A stretch of DNA of 64,000 bases from Armatimonadota bacterium (GTDB taxonomy: Bacteria > Armatimonadota > Fimbriimonadia > Fimbriimonadales > GBS-DC): positions 1-64,000 of the forward strand of contig JBBIJY010000014.1 in assembly GCA_037445735.1 (NCBI GenBank), given 5' to 3'. Made by a program: the position numbers and the translations under genes. The notes beneath the pieces were generated by a model. That model was not told where the DNA came from. It saw only the letters and a program-made list of their open reading frames with translations, and did not search any database. Positions 50,363 through 59,137 of the stretch are shown here, in pieces; the first letter of the stretch is position 1; each line of letters opens with the position of its first letter.

Positions 50363-51952
50363 TCAGTGACCCTTCCGCAGGATTCTGCCAGCGCGGTTGC
50401 CAGTGAACTGCCCGTCGCGCAGCACCCAGCGCCCGTTGAGGATGAGATGCACCACGCCTTCGGACAGCTGATGCGGCTCGCGGAAGGTGGCACGGTCGGC
50501 GATGCGGGCATCATCGAACACCACTATGTCGGCATATGCGCCTGGATGCAGGGTGCCGCGATCCGTGAGTCCCAGTCGGGCAGCGGGCAAACCTGTCATT
50601 TTGAAGATGGCTTCTTGCAGGGTCAGCAGTCGCTCTTCGCGCACATAGCGTCGGATCACGCGCGGGAAAGTGCCATAACTGCGCGGGTGAGGGCGTTCCG
50701 CGCTCATCTTCTGCGGGTCATAGCCGACACCATCGGAGCCAATCATCGTGAGCGGGTAGCGCAGCACCGTGCGCAGGTCATCCTCACTCAGATTGAAGCA
50801 GGCGACGCCCACATAGAGACCATGCTCCAGCAGCAGGTCAATCACGAACTCTTCGGGCGATTGATTGGCAGCGGCGGCGGCTTCCGCAACGGTCAGCCCC
50901 TGCAGGGATCGATTGCCTGCCACTGAGCCAATCATGATGCTGTTCCAGTCGTCGTGCCGCTCGCGCATCTCCTGCACGATGCGTTCGCGGGTTGCGGGGT
51001 CGCGCAGGCGCTCGTACACTGCCTGTGGCTCGCCGTTCAGTACCCAGCTTGGCAGGCAGGCGACGCCCATCGAAGTCTGGTACGCCGTGTAGGGGTAGAC
51101 ATCGAGCATCACATCCAGCCCCTGCTTGACCGAATCGGAGACCCTCTGCAGCGTTTGCTTGACCTTGCCCCAGTTGGCGCGTCCTTCGGCTTTGTGGTGC
51201 GATAGCTGCAGGGGCAGTTCGGCGCGTTCGGCAATCTCGATGGCTTCCGCCACGCTCTCAATCAGGTGGTCGCCCTCGCTGCGCAGGTGGGTGGCGTAGA
51301 ACCCGCCGTACTGCGCCGCGACCGTCGCCAGCTCAATCAGCTCCTGCGTGTCGGCGTAGCAGCCGGGCACATACTCCAGCCCGGTGGAGAGTCCCCACGC
51401 GCCCGCCTCCATGCAGGTCGCCACCTCACGCTTCATCGCTTCGAGTTCGGCAGGCGTGGGACGACGCTGGTCGAAGCCCATCACTTTCTTGCGCAGTGTG
51501 CCATGCGCACACAGGAAAATCACATTGGTGCCGACGCCGCGCTCTTCCAGCTGGCGCAGATGCTCGTCGAAACTGTTCCAGTTGACCTCCGCACCGTAGG
51601 GCTTGAGCCAGCGCTGCTCCTGCTGGAAGATGGGGGTGGTGTCGGTTTGAGCGACACCCAGCCCGCAGTTGCCGACCACCTGCGTGCCCACCCCCTGATA
51701 CAGCACGCTCAGCTGTTCAGGATGGTGCGGCAGGGAGAAGTCGGAATGCGTGTGGATGTCGATGAAGGCGGGCGCCACGCATAGACCCGCCACATCCACC
51801 ACCATGCCCGCCTCCCAGTCGTCCAGCGCGCCCATCGCGACGATTCGGTCGTCCCGAATGGCAATATCTCCCCGCTGAGCGGGCGCGCCTGTGCCGTCAT
51901 AGAGCGTGCCACCGCGCAGCAGGAGGTCGCAACGCCGATGAACCAGTTGCAT
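50363..51952 (-). CDS. N-acyl-D-amino-acid deacylase
   Basis: FIDIHTHSD, GNCG, GLSTGLEYVPG, THLRSE, SHHK, DVYPY, GSDG and HPRSYGTFPR motifs. Confidence 0.92.
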   Translation of the reverse strand: MQLVHRRCDLLLRGGTLYDGTGAPAQRGDIAIRDDRIVAMGALDDWEAGMVVDVAGLCVAPAFIDIHTHSDFSLPHHPEQLSVLYQGVGTQVVGNCGLGVAQTDTTPIFQQEQRWLKPYGAEVNWNSFDEHLRQLEERGVGTNVIFLCAHGTLRKKVMGFDQRRPTPAELEAMKREVATCMEAGAWGLSTGLEYVPGCYADTQELIELATVAAQYGGFYATHLRSEGDHLIESVAEAIEIAERAELPLQLSHHKAEGRANWGKVKQTLQRVSDSVKQGLDVMLDVYPYTAYQTSMGVACLPSWVLNGEPQAVYERLRDPATRERIVQEMRERHDDWNSIMIGSVAGNRSLQGLTVAEAAAAANQSPEEFVIDLLLEHGLYVGVACFNLSEDDLRTVLRYPLTMIGSDGVGYDPQKMSAERPHPRSYGTFPRVIRRYVREERLLTLQEAIFKMTGLPAARLGLTDRGTLHPGAYADIVVFDDARIADRATFREPHQLSEGVVHLILNGRWVLRDGQFTGNRAGRILRKGH

Positions 51953-51985
51953 AGAGAGCAGGATACCCCACCTGTGAAGCGGGAA

Positions 51986-52402
51986 TCAACCCTGCACACA
52001 GCGCAGGTGAACCCAGCCGCGGTTGGCATCGCGGGTGATGGGTTCGCCGACGGCAATCGTCTGGCGGCAGATGCGGCAGAAGCCCTCATAGCGGGCGGGG
52101 ATACTGTGCTGAACGGGAGCGTTCATGCAGTCCACATGCACCCAGCGCCCACTTCGAGCGTGGCGCGTGATCAGCGCACCCTGTTGAATCGGTTGCAGGC
52201 AGGCGGGGCAGGTGCCCTCATAGCGAGCAAAGAGCAGCGGTGCACCCGCTTCCAGCAACTGCTCGTGTTGCTCCGTCAACAGGGCGAGCAGCTCACTGGC
52301 AAGGAGATCGATCTCTATAACCGACTCGTTCGATACGCGCGGAGGCGACTGATCTGGTTTGCCCTGCTCGACCCAGCGGCGATTTTCCGGGATTGGCTTC
52401 AT
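51986..52402 (-). CDS. Protein with two tandem CxxC...HxxC zinc-finger repeats
   Basis: ARYEGTCPACLQPIQQGALITR...GRWVHVDC and ARYEGFCRICRQTIAVGEPITR...RGWVHLRC. Its ATG overlaps the upstream stop codon (ATGA). Confidence 0.8.
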   Translation of the reverse strand: MKPIPENRRWVEQGKPDQSPPRVSNESVIEIDLLASELLALLTEQHEQLLEAGAPLLFARYEGTCPACLQPIQQGALITRHARSGRWVHVDCMNAPVQHSIPARYEGFCRICRQTIAVGEPITRDANRGWVHLRCVQG

Positions 52403-53886
52403 GCGGGACTCTCCTCCGTGTCGGGGGATGGCGCTTCGCTTCGGGGTCGTGGTGCGGGCGGCGCCTTCTGGCGGGGCGGCTTCAGGTAGCCACTGATGCC
52501 GTCCAGCCCGGTTGCCAGCAGGCTACCCGCCTCGCAGGAGCAGAGGAAGCAGCTCGGATTGCGTTCGGCTTCGGCGGGGAACGCCTGCTGCGCCACCAGG
52601 TCGTAATAGACATACGGCTGCGCGGGCAGGCAGCCCGTGGTCAGCTTCACGAACTCCCACACCAGCAGGTTCGCCACGACGCCGTTCAGGAACACCACCT
52701 GCGGGTTGGGTATCCGCTCGCCCTGAATGTAGCCGTGCTGGATCGACATGGCACGCTGTTCGGGCGTGAGCTGCTCTTCCACGCTCTGGCGCACCAGATG
52801 CCCGACACAGCTGAGGCAGGCGGTCTCGCCCGGCAGGATGAGCTGCACCTGTCCGCCGCCCTGCGCGATGCGTCCCGCCTCCGCGCGTATGCCGACGCCC
52901 GCGTCCAGATAGGGGATCAGCGCGCACACCGCCACCAGGTTCAAATACTGGCGCACGGTCGCGCTGTCCACCGCGCCGATCAGCACATCGCTTTCGAGCA
53001 GGGTGGTCAGCAGTTCGGGCGAGCGCGCATCGGCGGGCAGGGGCATGATGGTGCGCCATTCGGGGCTGCGAGCACGATTGAACCAGAGTGCGAGCGCCTT
53101 CACCTTGCGCCAGCGCCGAATCGCGCGATACCAGGTGGCGCCCACGATACGGTTCAGATTGCTCAGCTCCAGTCGGTCGGGGTCGATCAGCGTCAGATGC
53201 CCGACGCCGAGCAGGGTGAGCGCCTGCGCAATCTGGGAGCCAAGCCCGCCCGCGCCCACAATCGCCACGCGCAGGTGGCTCAACAGCGCCTGACCCTCCA
53301 CACCGAGCGCGCGCACCTGACGGTCGTACAGCTCCCGCTGGGCTTTGTCCAGCTCCGGCGGTGCAAGGTCAGTCGCATAGCGCATCTCGCAGGGCAGCCC
53401 CACGATGCGGATATGCTCAATCGGCACCACCTGCTGATTCACATAGTCCCACATGTGCCCGTCGAAGCCCATGTCGGAGCCGAACACCAGCGTGCCATGC
53501 CGAAACGGGGGCGACAGCACCTCGGTGACGCGGAACTTCTGATAGTCGCTCTGGTGATCAATCGAGGAGAAGCGCGGTTGAGGCGTCCACGGATGGGAGT
53601 GGGCTTCCAGCAGCGACCAGCCCTCCGCTTCACAGCGCGTCAGCAGGGCATGCACGAACTCCGGGCGGGTGATGACGCGACTGGCGGAGCGCTCCTCGTA
53701 GGCGTCCGGCGGCACCTCCACCAGCTCGCGCACAAGGAACACCGCTCGCCCTGGCAGCTCCAGCGTGCGACACAGCATGAAGCACTTCGTCTCGACACAG
53801 CGGTCAGCGAGAAGCGCTTCGGTGAGGCGCGTCCAGAGCGTGCGCGTGATGCGTACCTCGCCACACAGAGCTTGCAACGGCTCCAC
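52399..53886 (-). CDS. JAB/MPN metallopeptidase fused to a ThiF/E1-like adenylyltransferase
   Basis: N-terminal E...HSHP-x7-SxxD (JAMM). C-terminal YDRQ, VGAGGLGS, DPDRLELSNLNR, GAVDS, CLSC and CFLC. Confidence 0.9.
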   Translation of the reverse strand: MEPLQALCGEVRITRTLWTRLTEALLADRCVETKCFMLCRTLELPGRAVFLVRELVEVPPDAYEERSASRVITRPEFVHALLTRCEAEGWSLLEAHSHPWTPQPRFSSIDHQSDYQKFRVTEVLSPPFRHGTLVFGSDMGFDGHMWDYVNQQVVPIEHIRIVGLPCEMRYATDLAPPELDKAQRELYDRQVRALGVEGQALLSHLRVAIVGAGGLGSQIAQALTLLGVGHLTLIDPDRLELSNLNRIVGATWYRAIRRWRKVKALALWFNRARSPEWRTIMPLPADARSPELLTTLLESDVLIGAVDSATVRQYLNLVAVCALIPYLDAGVGIRAEAGRIAQGGGQVQLILPGETACLSCVGHLVRQSVEEQLTPEQRAMSIQHGYIQGERIPNPQVVFLNGVVANLLVWEFVKLTTGCLPAQPYVYYDLVAQQAFPAEAERNPSCFLCSCEAGSLLATGLDGISGYLKPPRQKAPPAPRPRSEAPSPDTEESPA

Positions 53887-53889
53887 TCC

Positions 53890-54339
53890 CTATCCGCGTC
53901 GCCAGCGTTCAAACGCCTTCTTAATGAGTTCGCAAACGCTCAGCAGGGAATGCCCTGCCAGCGGGTTCGCTGCAGGGTGCCACTCGTGGATATGCAGGCA
54001 GCAGGCGGTCCAGCCCTTCAGTGCCGGCGGCGCCTCACGGAACTGACCCCGATTGGGGTCATAGGAGGTGTCGCCGTAGAACACATGGGGCGGACGCTGC
54101 CCGTTCGCTAAGCGCAGGTTGTAATCCACATAGAACCAGTCGGGTGGGGTCTGGGGGTAGTGACGCGGCAGCAGGATCAGCACATCAGTGGTGGTGTAGT
54201 TGTAGCCACGGGGGAGCGGGAAGTCGTGAATGATGACCCACTCCCCGTCCTCGTCGTCATAGGAGGCTTGCTTCGTCTGCGAGTAGTGCGTCGCAGCGAG
54301 CGCCGCCTCGTAGGCGATCCGCTGCAGGCGTGTGTTCAT
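53890..54339 (-). CDS. Prokaryotic E2/UBC-like conjugating enzyme (family E-like)
   Basis: WVIIHDFPLPRGYN, LILLPRHYPQTPPDWFYV, LRLANG and WTACCLH...W.P resemble prokaryotic E2 family E and the E2 YP..PP...CL pattern. Confidence 0.8.
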   Translation of the reverse strand: MNTRLQRIAYEAALAATHYSQTKQASYDDEDGEWVIIHDFPLPRGYNYTTTDVLILLPRHYPQTPPDWFYVDYNLRLANGQRPPHVFYGDTSYDPNRGQFREAPPALKGWTACCLHIHEWHPAANPLAGHSLLSVCELIKKAFERWRRG

Positions 54340-54369
54340 GGTGTCATCCCCGTGACAGCGATCCAGGGC

Positions 54370-54570
54370 TTAGCCGATACCGTCCTCCCAGCGCGGCAGC
54401 TCGGTGACGGCGGGTGCGCGGCGCACCACTTCCTGCGGCGTGGTCGGCTGAGATGGAGTGATCGGCGTGTTCAGCGTGGTCGGGTCGTTCGTGGTCGCAG
54501 GCGTCAGCGTAATCTCATAGTCGATGCCGTTCAGGCGAACCTTTTCCTTAACCGCGTTACCTGTTGGCAT
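54370..54570 (-). CDS. 66-aa Gly-terminated peptide, candidate modifier or substrate of the E1/E2/JAB operon
   Basis: GAGGTG RBS before ATG 54570, GGGGTATAAT upstream, host-like codons, ends PRWEDGIG*. Confidence 0.7.
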   Translation of the reverse strand: MPTGNAVKEKVRLNGIDYEITLTPATTNDPTTLNTPITPSQPTTPQEVVRRAPAVTELPRWEDGIG

Positions 54571-54588
54571 ATGGAACACCTCACCCCT

Positions 54589-54611
54589 ATTATACCCCAA
54601 ACCTCTGTCAA
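54589..54611 (-). promoter_or_regulatory. Promoter of the ubiquitin-like operon (GGGGTATAAT -10)
   Basis: Perfect TATAAT at 54589-54594. TTGACA lies only 11 nt upstream, so it is doubtful as a -35. Confidence 0.6.
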
Positions 54612-54716
54612 GAGTTCCCTGCAAAGGGGAGAAAAAATCCCGTTTCGCCTCCCAGAGGCATCGATAAAGCAGGAAAAGGGTGGCTGGCTGACGAATCATC
54701 CACACTGTGAGGTGAG

Positions 54717-56684
54717 ATGATGGAGACGATGCAGACCACAACGGCGATTGAGGCGTTGTTGCAGGAGCAGCGGGTCTTCCCGCCTTCGGACGAGTTTGTG
54801 CGACAGGCGAATATCAGCGATGCGGCTATTTATGAAGAGGCGGCGCGCGACTATGAGGCGTTCTGGGCGAAGTGCGCCGAGATTCTCGACTGGTATCAGA
54901 GATGGCACACGGTGCTGGAGTGGAACCCGCCCTATGCGAAGTGGTTTATCGGCGGCAAGCTGAACGCCTGCTACAACTGCGTGGATCGGCATGTGAAGAC
55001 ATGGCGGCGCAACAAAGCCGCGCTCATCTGGGAGGGCGAGCCAGGCGAGGAGCGCGTGCTGACCTACAACGACCTCTATCGCGAGGTGCAGAAGTTCGCC
55101 AATGTGCTGAAGGCGCTGGGCGTGCGCAAAGGCGACCGTGTCTGCATCTATATGCCGCTCATCCCCGAAGTGGTGATTGCGATGCTGGCGTGCGCGCGAA
55201 TCGGTGCGCCCCATTCGGTGGTGTTCGGCGGGTTCAGCGCGGAGAGCCTCTCGGATCGAATCAACGACGCGCAGGCGAAGGTGCTGATCACCGCCGATGG
55301 CGGCTGGCGCCGCGGCTCGATTGTGCCGCTCAAGCGCAACGCCGATGATGCCCTGCGCAACACGCCCTCCATCGAGAAAGTGGTTGTCTATCAACGCATT
55401 GGCGGCGACTACACCGTGCCGATGCAGCAGGGGCGCGACCTCTGGTGGCACGAGCTGATGGCGAACGCACCGCTCACCTGCGCGCCAGAACCGATGGACA
55501 GCGAAGACCTGCTCTATCTGCTCTACACCTCCGGCTCCACAGGCAAGCCGAAAGGCATCATGCACACCACCGGCGGCTACCTTGTGGGCGTTGCCCTCAC
55601 CACCCGATGGGTTTTCGACCTCAAGGATGAAGACATCTACTGGTGTACCGCCGATGTGGGCTGGGTCACAGGGCACAGCTATATCGTGTACGGTCCGCTG
55701 GCGAACGGGGCGACCTGCGTGATTTACGAGGGCGCACCCGACTATCCCGACCGCGACCGATTCTGGGCGATAGTGGAGAAATATCGGGTGAACATCCTGT
55801 ACACCGCGCCGACCGCCATCCGCGCCTTCATGAAGTGGGGCGAGGAGTACCCGCGCCGCCACGATCTGAGCAGCCTGCGCCTGCTGGGCACCGTCGGCGA
55901 ACCTATCAACCCCGAAGCGTGGATGTGGTACCACGAGCATATCGGCGGCGGACGCTGCCCGATTGTCGACACATGGTGGCAGACCGAGACGGGCATGATT
56001 ATGATCACGCCGCTACCCGGCATCGTGGCGACCAAGCCCGGCTCCGCCACCAAGCCGTTTCCAGGGGTGTTCCCGGACATCTTCGACGAGCAGGGCAACC
56101 CGGTGCCGCCGAACAGGGGTGGCTATCTGGTGCTGACACGCCCCTGGCCGGCGATGACGCGCGGGCTGTACGGTGACCCCGAACGCTTCCAGCAAATCTA
56201 CTGGAGCCGATACCCCGGCATCTATTTCACGGGCGACGGCGCCAAGCGCGATGAGGACGGCTACTTCTGGCTGCTGGGGCGCGTGGACGATGTGATCAAT
56301 GTGTCAGGGCATCGCCTCAGCACGATGGAAATCGAAAGCGCGCTGGTGGATCACCCGGCAGTCGCCGAAGCCGCCGTCATCGGTAAATCGCACGAGATCA
56401 AGGGTCAGGCGGTGGCTGCCTTCGTGATTATCAAAGAGGGCTACACCGCCGATGAGCGATTACGCGAGGAACTCAAGCAGCATGTGGTGGCGAAAATCGG
56501 CGCGCTTGCCCGACCCGATGATATTATCTTCACCGCCGACCTGCCCAAAACGCGCAGTGGCAAGATTATGCGTCGCCTGCTGCGCGATGTGGCGGAAGGG
56601 CGCGCACTGGGCGACACCACCACTCTCGCAGACCCCGCCGTCGTGCAGGCGCTCAAAGAGAAATACGAGGGTCAGGAAGAGTAG
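54717..56684 (+). CDS. acs: Acetyl-CoA synthetase
   Basis: [48 protein letters not shown] and [15 protein letters not shown] motifs. Confidence 0.97.
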   Translation: MMETMQTTTAIEALLQEQRVFPPSDEFVRQANISDAAIYEEAARDYEAFWAKCAEILDWYQRWHTVLEWNPPYAKWFIGGKLNACYNCVDRHVKTWRRNKAALIWEGEPGEERVLTYNDLYREVQKFANVLKALGVRKGDRVCIYMPLIPEVVIAMLACARIGAPHSVVFGGFSAESLSDRINDAQAKVLITADGGWRRGSIVPLKRNADDALRNTPSIEKVVVYQRIGGDYTVPMQQGRDLWWHELMANAPLTCAPEPMDSEDLLYLLYTSGSTGKPKGIMHTTGGYLVGVALTTRWVFDLKDEDIYWCTADVGWVTGHSYIVYGPLANGATCVIYEGAPDYPDRDRFWAIVEKYRVNILYTAPTAIRAFMKWGEEYPRRHDLSSLRLLGTVGEPINPEAWMWYHEHIGGGRCPIVDTWWQTETGMIMITPLPGIVATKPGSATKPFPGVFPDIFDEQGNPVPPNRGGYLVLTRPWPAMTRGLYGDPERFQQIYWSRYPGIYFTGDGAKRDEDGYFWLLGRVDDVINVSGHRLSTMEIESALVDHPAVAEAAVIGKSHEIKGQAVAAFVIIKEGYTADERLREELKQHVVAKIGALARPDDIIFTADLPKTRSGKIMRRLLRDVAEGRALGDTTTLADPAVVQALKEKYEGQEE

Positions 56685-56854
56685 CCCTTCCCTCACCGCT
56701 CCCCCGGCGTGCTGGCTGAAGCCATCCCGATGAAGCCCCTCTCCTGCACGCGGCAACTGCTTCCAGAGAGGCAAGCACGGAGGCAGTTGCCGCGTCGCGC
56801 TATCCACCGCTCAAAATCCCCCGCCATGTGGAATAACCTCTTCTGGCGATTACC

Positions 56855-58315
56855 ATGCTCGAACTGTGGAAGCACGGGCTGCTGTGGATCAGCACCGCGC
56901 TATATGGCTACCTGATCGTGCATCACACGATTCAGGCGCTTCTGTCGGAGCAGCGGGGGGCGAACCTGCGGCTGGTCATGCTGCTCGTGTGCTGCCTGGT
57001 GTTCGCCGTGATTGATAGCATGCTGCTCAGTGCGGAGCCGCGCCCCCATCCTGCTGTGCGCCTGCTCACCACGATTCAGTACATCGTGTCGGTTCTGTGT
57101 GCCGTGCTGTTCATCGCGCAGCTGAACGATTCGCTGGATTTGTGCCTTGCCCGCTGGCTGAAGGGCTTGTGGGTCCTCACAGCGTTGCTGATTATCACCA
57201 GCCTGATGGGGCTGACAATTAGCTCGAAAATCGAGACGCTGGCACTCCCGCTCCTGCATGGCTATTATCTGCATAGCAGCAGCACGCCGCTGGGCTACGC
57301 TTTCTCCGCGCTGACACTGACCGCCTTTCTGGCGACTTTTGTCGTGGCGTACCGCTCCTGGCGCCGCCAGAGCTGCGCCAATCGCCTGTTGCTGCTCATC
57401 CTGAGCCTGATTATCCCGCTGGTGTTAATTGACATGGCAACCTATTACAATCTCATCACGGGTGTACCGACATGGAATCTCTGCTATGCGATTATCTCGA
57501 TGGGCTTATCGGCTCACCTGAACGCGCAGCTGCATGAGCTGACCCACAATTTGAAGCAGGCGCATCTGGAGCTGCAGGCGGCTTATCGCCAGATGATTGA
57601 ACAGGAGCGGCTCAGCACGATAGGGCAGATTGTGCGCGGGATTGTGCATGACCTGAAAAACTTTTTCAACACGGTTCAGTCACTGGCGGATGTGGGCGTA
57701 ATGCGTTTGAAACGCGATCCGGCATTTGACCCCGCCGAATACTTTACCAGCATCGGCAACGCCACGCGTCAGGCGCACCAGTACCTGCTGGAGCTGCTGG
57801 AGATGACCCATGAGCAGGGCGAGCTGCAGATAGGGGAAGTATCGCCCGCCGAGATTGTGAACGAGGTTGCCCGCCTGTCGGGCGCCCGCTTCCTGGAGCC
57901 GCCCGTGCAGCTCATCAACAACATCCCGATCGGGCTGCGCATGGAGGCAGACCGCCGCTATCTGGCACAGCTGTTTTTGAATCTAACCCTGAATGCGCTG
58001 CAGGCGATGCGGGAGTGGCACGGCGAACGACGCATCGAGTTCGACTGGATCGAGCAGCCCGATTGCGTGGTGCTCACCATGCACGACACCGGACCCGGCT
58101 TGCCCGAAGAGGTAAGCGCTCATCTGTTTGAGCGTGAGGTCACCACCCGTCAGGGCGGCACAGGGCTGGGACTGATGCTGGCACGCCGCGCGCTGGAAAA
58201 GCACAACGCCACCGTAGAGGTGCATTCCGCGCCAGGCAAAGGCACACGGTTCATCTTCCGATTTCCCACACCACCCCGATTCATGCAGCAGCCCGAATAT
58301 GTCGCGGTGGCGTGA
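56855..58315 (+). CDS. Membrane sensor histidine kinase (about 7 TM)
   Basis: Hydrophobic N-terminal half, IVHDLKN, NLTLNALQA, DTGPG and GGTGLGL motifs. Confidence 0.88.
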   Translation: MLELWKHGLLWISTALYGYLIVHHTIQALLSEQRGANLRLVMLLVCCLVFAVIDSMLLSAEPRPHPAVRLLTTIQYIVSVLCAVLFIAQLNDSLDLCLARWLKGLWVLTALLIITSLMGLTISSKIETLALPLLHGYYLHSSSTPLGYAFSALTLTAFLATFVVAYRSWRRQSCANRLLLLILSLIIPLVLIDMATYYNLITGVPTWNLCYAIISMGLSAHLNAQLHELTHNLKQAHLELQAAYRQMIEQERLSTIGQIVRGIVHDLKNFFNTVQSLADVGVMRLKRDPAFDPAEYFTSIGNATRQAHQYLLELLEMTHEQGELQIGEVSPAEIVNEVARLSGARFLEPPVQLINNIPIGLRMEADRRYLAQLFLNLTLNALQAMREWHGERRIEFDWIEQPDCVVLTMHDTGPGLPEEVSAHLFEREVTTRQGGTGLGLMLARRALEKHNATVEVHSAPGKGTRFIFRFPTPPRFMQQPEYVAVA

Positions 58316-58375
58316 ACATTAAAGCAGGAATCGCGTGGTGGGCAGTCGAACCCTTTCCACAGGGAGGCGATAAGC

Positions 58376-59110
58376 GTGGAAGAGCCAGTTAAGCGCTCTG
58401 ACGCTGTGGAAAAAGAGTACACACAAGCTGTCATCTATGGTCTGCTGGGACTGGTGATGCTGCTGCTAACATGGCTGTTCTGGCGCTATGGGGGCATGTT
58501 CTACTCCTTCTCGTGGGGTTTCGGGCTGGTGTGGCTCGGCTCGTGGGTATATGCGGGCTGGTCGCTCTATAAAACGCGCAACATACCTGCCTATCCCGTG
58601 AGCTGCCCCTACTGCCAGAAGGAGAATGTGTTCGTGGCGCCGCCGCAAAGCGATTTCACCTGCGAACACTGTCGGCGGCTCGTGCCGGTGGAGAACGGGC
58701 ATGTGCTGGAGGTGGTGACGGTGCGTTGCCCCCACTGCCGCGCCACCGAGCAGGTCTCGCCCCGCGCCCGAACCGCCATCTGCGAGCATTGCCAGCGCGA
58801 GTTCAGCGTGGTCGCCCCCACACAGACGCAGGTCTCGATGCCCCTGCCGCAGGACGACCCCACACCCTACGAACTGGTGCTGCTCGGCGTGGAACGCCTG
58901 AAGGAAGAAGAAGCCATTGCCCATCTGGAGTCGTTCCTCACCCTCACCCGACCCGATGTGAAGAAACTGCTCCAGAGTGCGCCCGTGGTCATTCTGACCA
59001 ATCTGCCACGCCGAAAAGCCGAAATGCTGGTCAAAGACCTGCAGCAGTGGGGCATCAAAACGGAGATACGGGCGATCGAGGATCCGAGCCGCGTGCCCAC
59101 ACCATGGTGA
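58376..59110 (+). CDS. Membrane protein with four CxxC motifs and an L7/L12-CTD-like tail
   Basis: Two TMs, CPYC, CEHC, CPHC, CEHC, and tail YELVL...VKKLLQSAPVVIL.NL...KAE.L. Confidence 0.7.
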   Translation: MEEPVKRSDAVEKEYTQAVIYGLLGLVMLLLTWLFWRYGGMFYSFSWGFGLVWLGSWVYAGWSLYKTRNIPAYPVSCPYCQKENVFVAPPQSDFTCEHCRRLVPVENGHVLEVVTVRCPHCRATEQVSPRARTAICEHCQREFSVVAPTQTQVSMPLPQDDPTPYELVLLGVERLKEEEAIAHLESFLTLTRPDVKKLLQSAPVVILTNLPRRKAEMLVKDLQQWGIKTEIRAIEDPSRVPTPW

Positions 59111-59137
59111 GATAGCGGGCGGGTACAATCGAACCCG

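Noticed and set aside
50363-51952. D-aminoacylase as part of the ubiquitin-like system
   Set aside because: It is co-oriented and only 33 nt downstream, but it is a common metabolic enzyme with no evident functional link. Adjacency alone is not enough.
52399-53886. Ordinary ThiF/MoeB for thiamine or molybdopterin synthesis
   Set aside because: It is fused to a JAB domain and adjacent to an E2, with no thiS/thiG/moaD/moaE and no rhodanese domain nearby.
51986-54570. CBASS type II (Cap2/Cap3)
   Set aside because: No CD-NTase or effector gene, and the domain arrangement (JAB-E1 fusion with separate E2) differs from Cap2 (E2-E1) plus Cap3.
54570-54741. N-terminal extension of the small peptide ORF (123 aa in the ORF track)
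   Set aside because: It spans the promoter and overlaps the acs start. The RBS and -10 point to ATG 54570.
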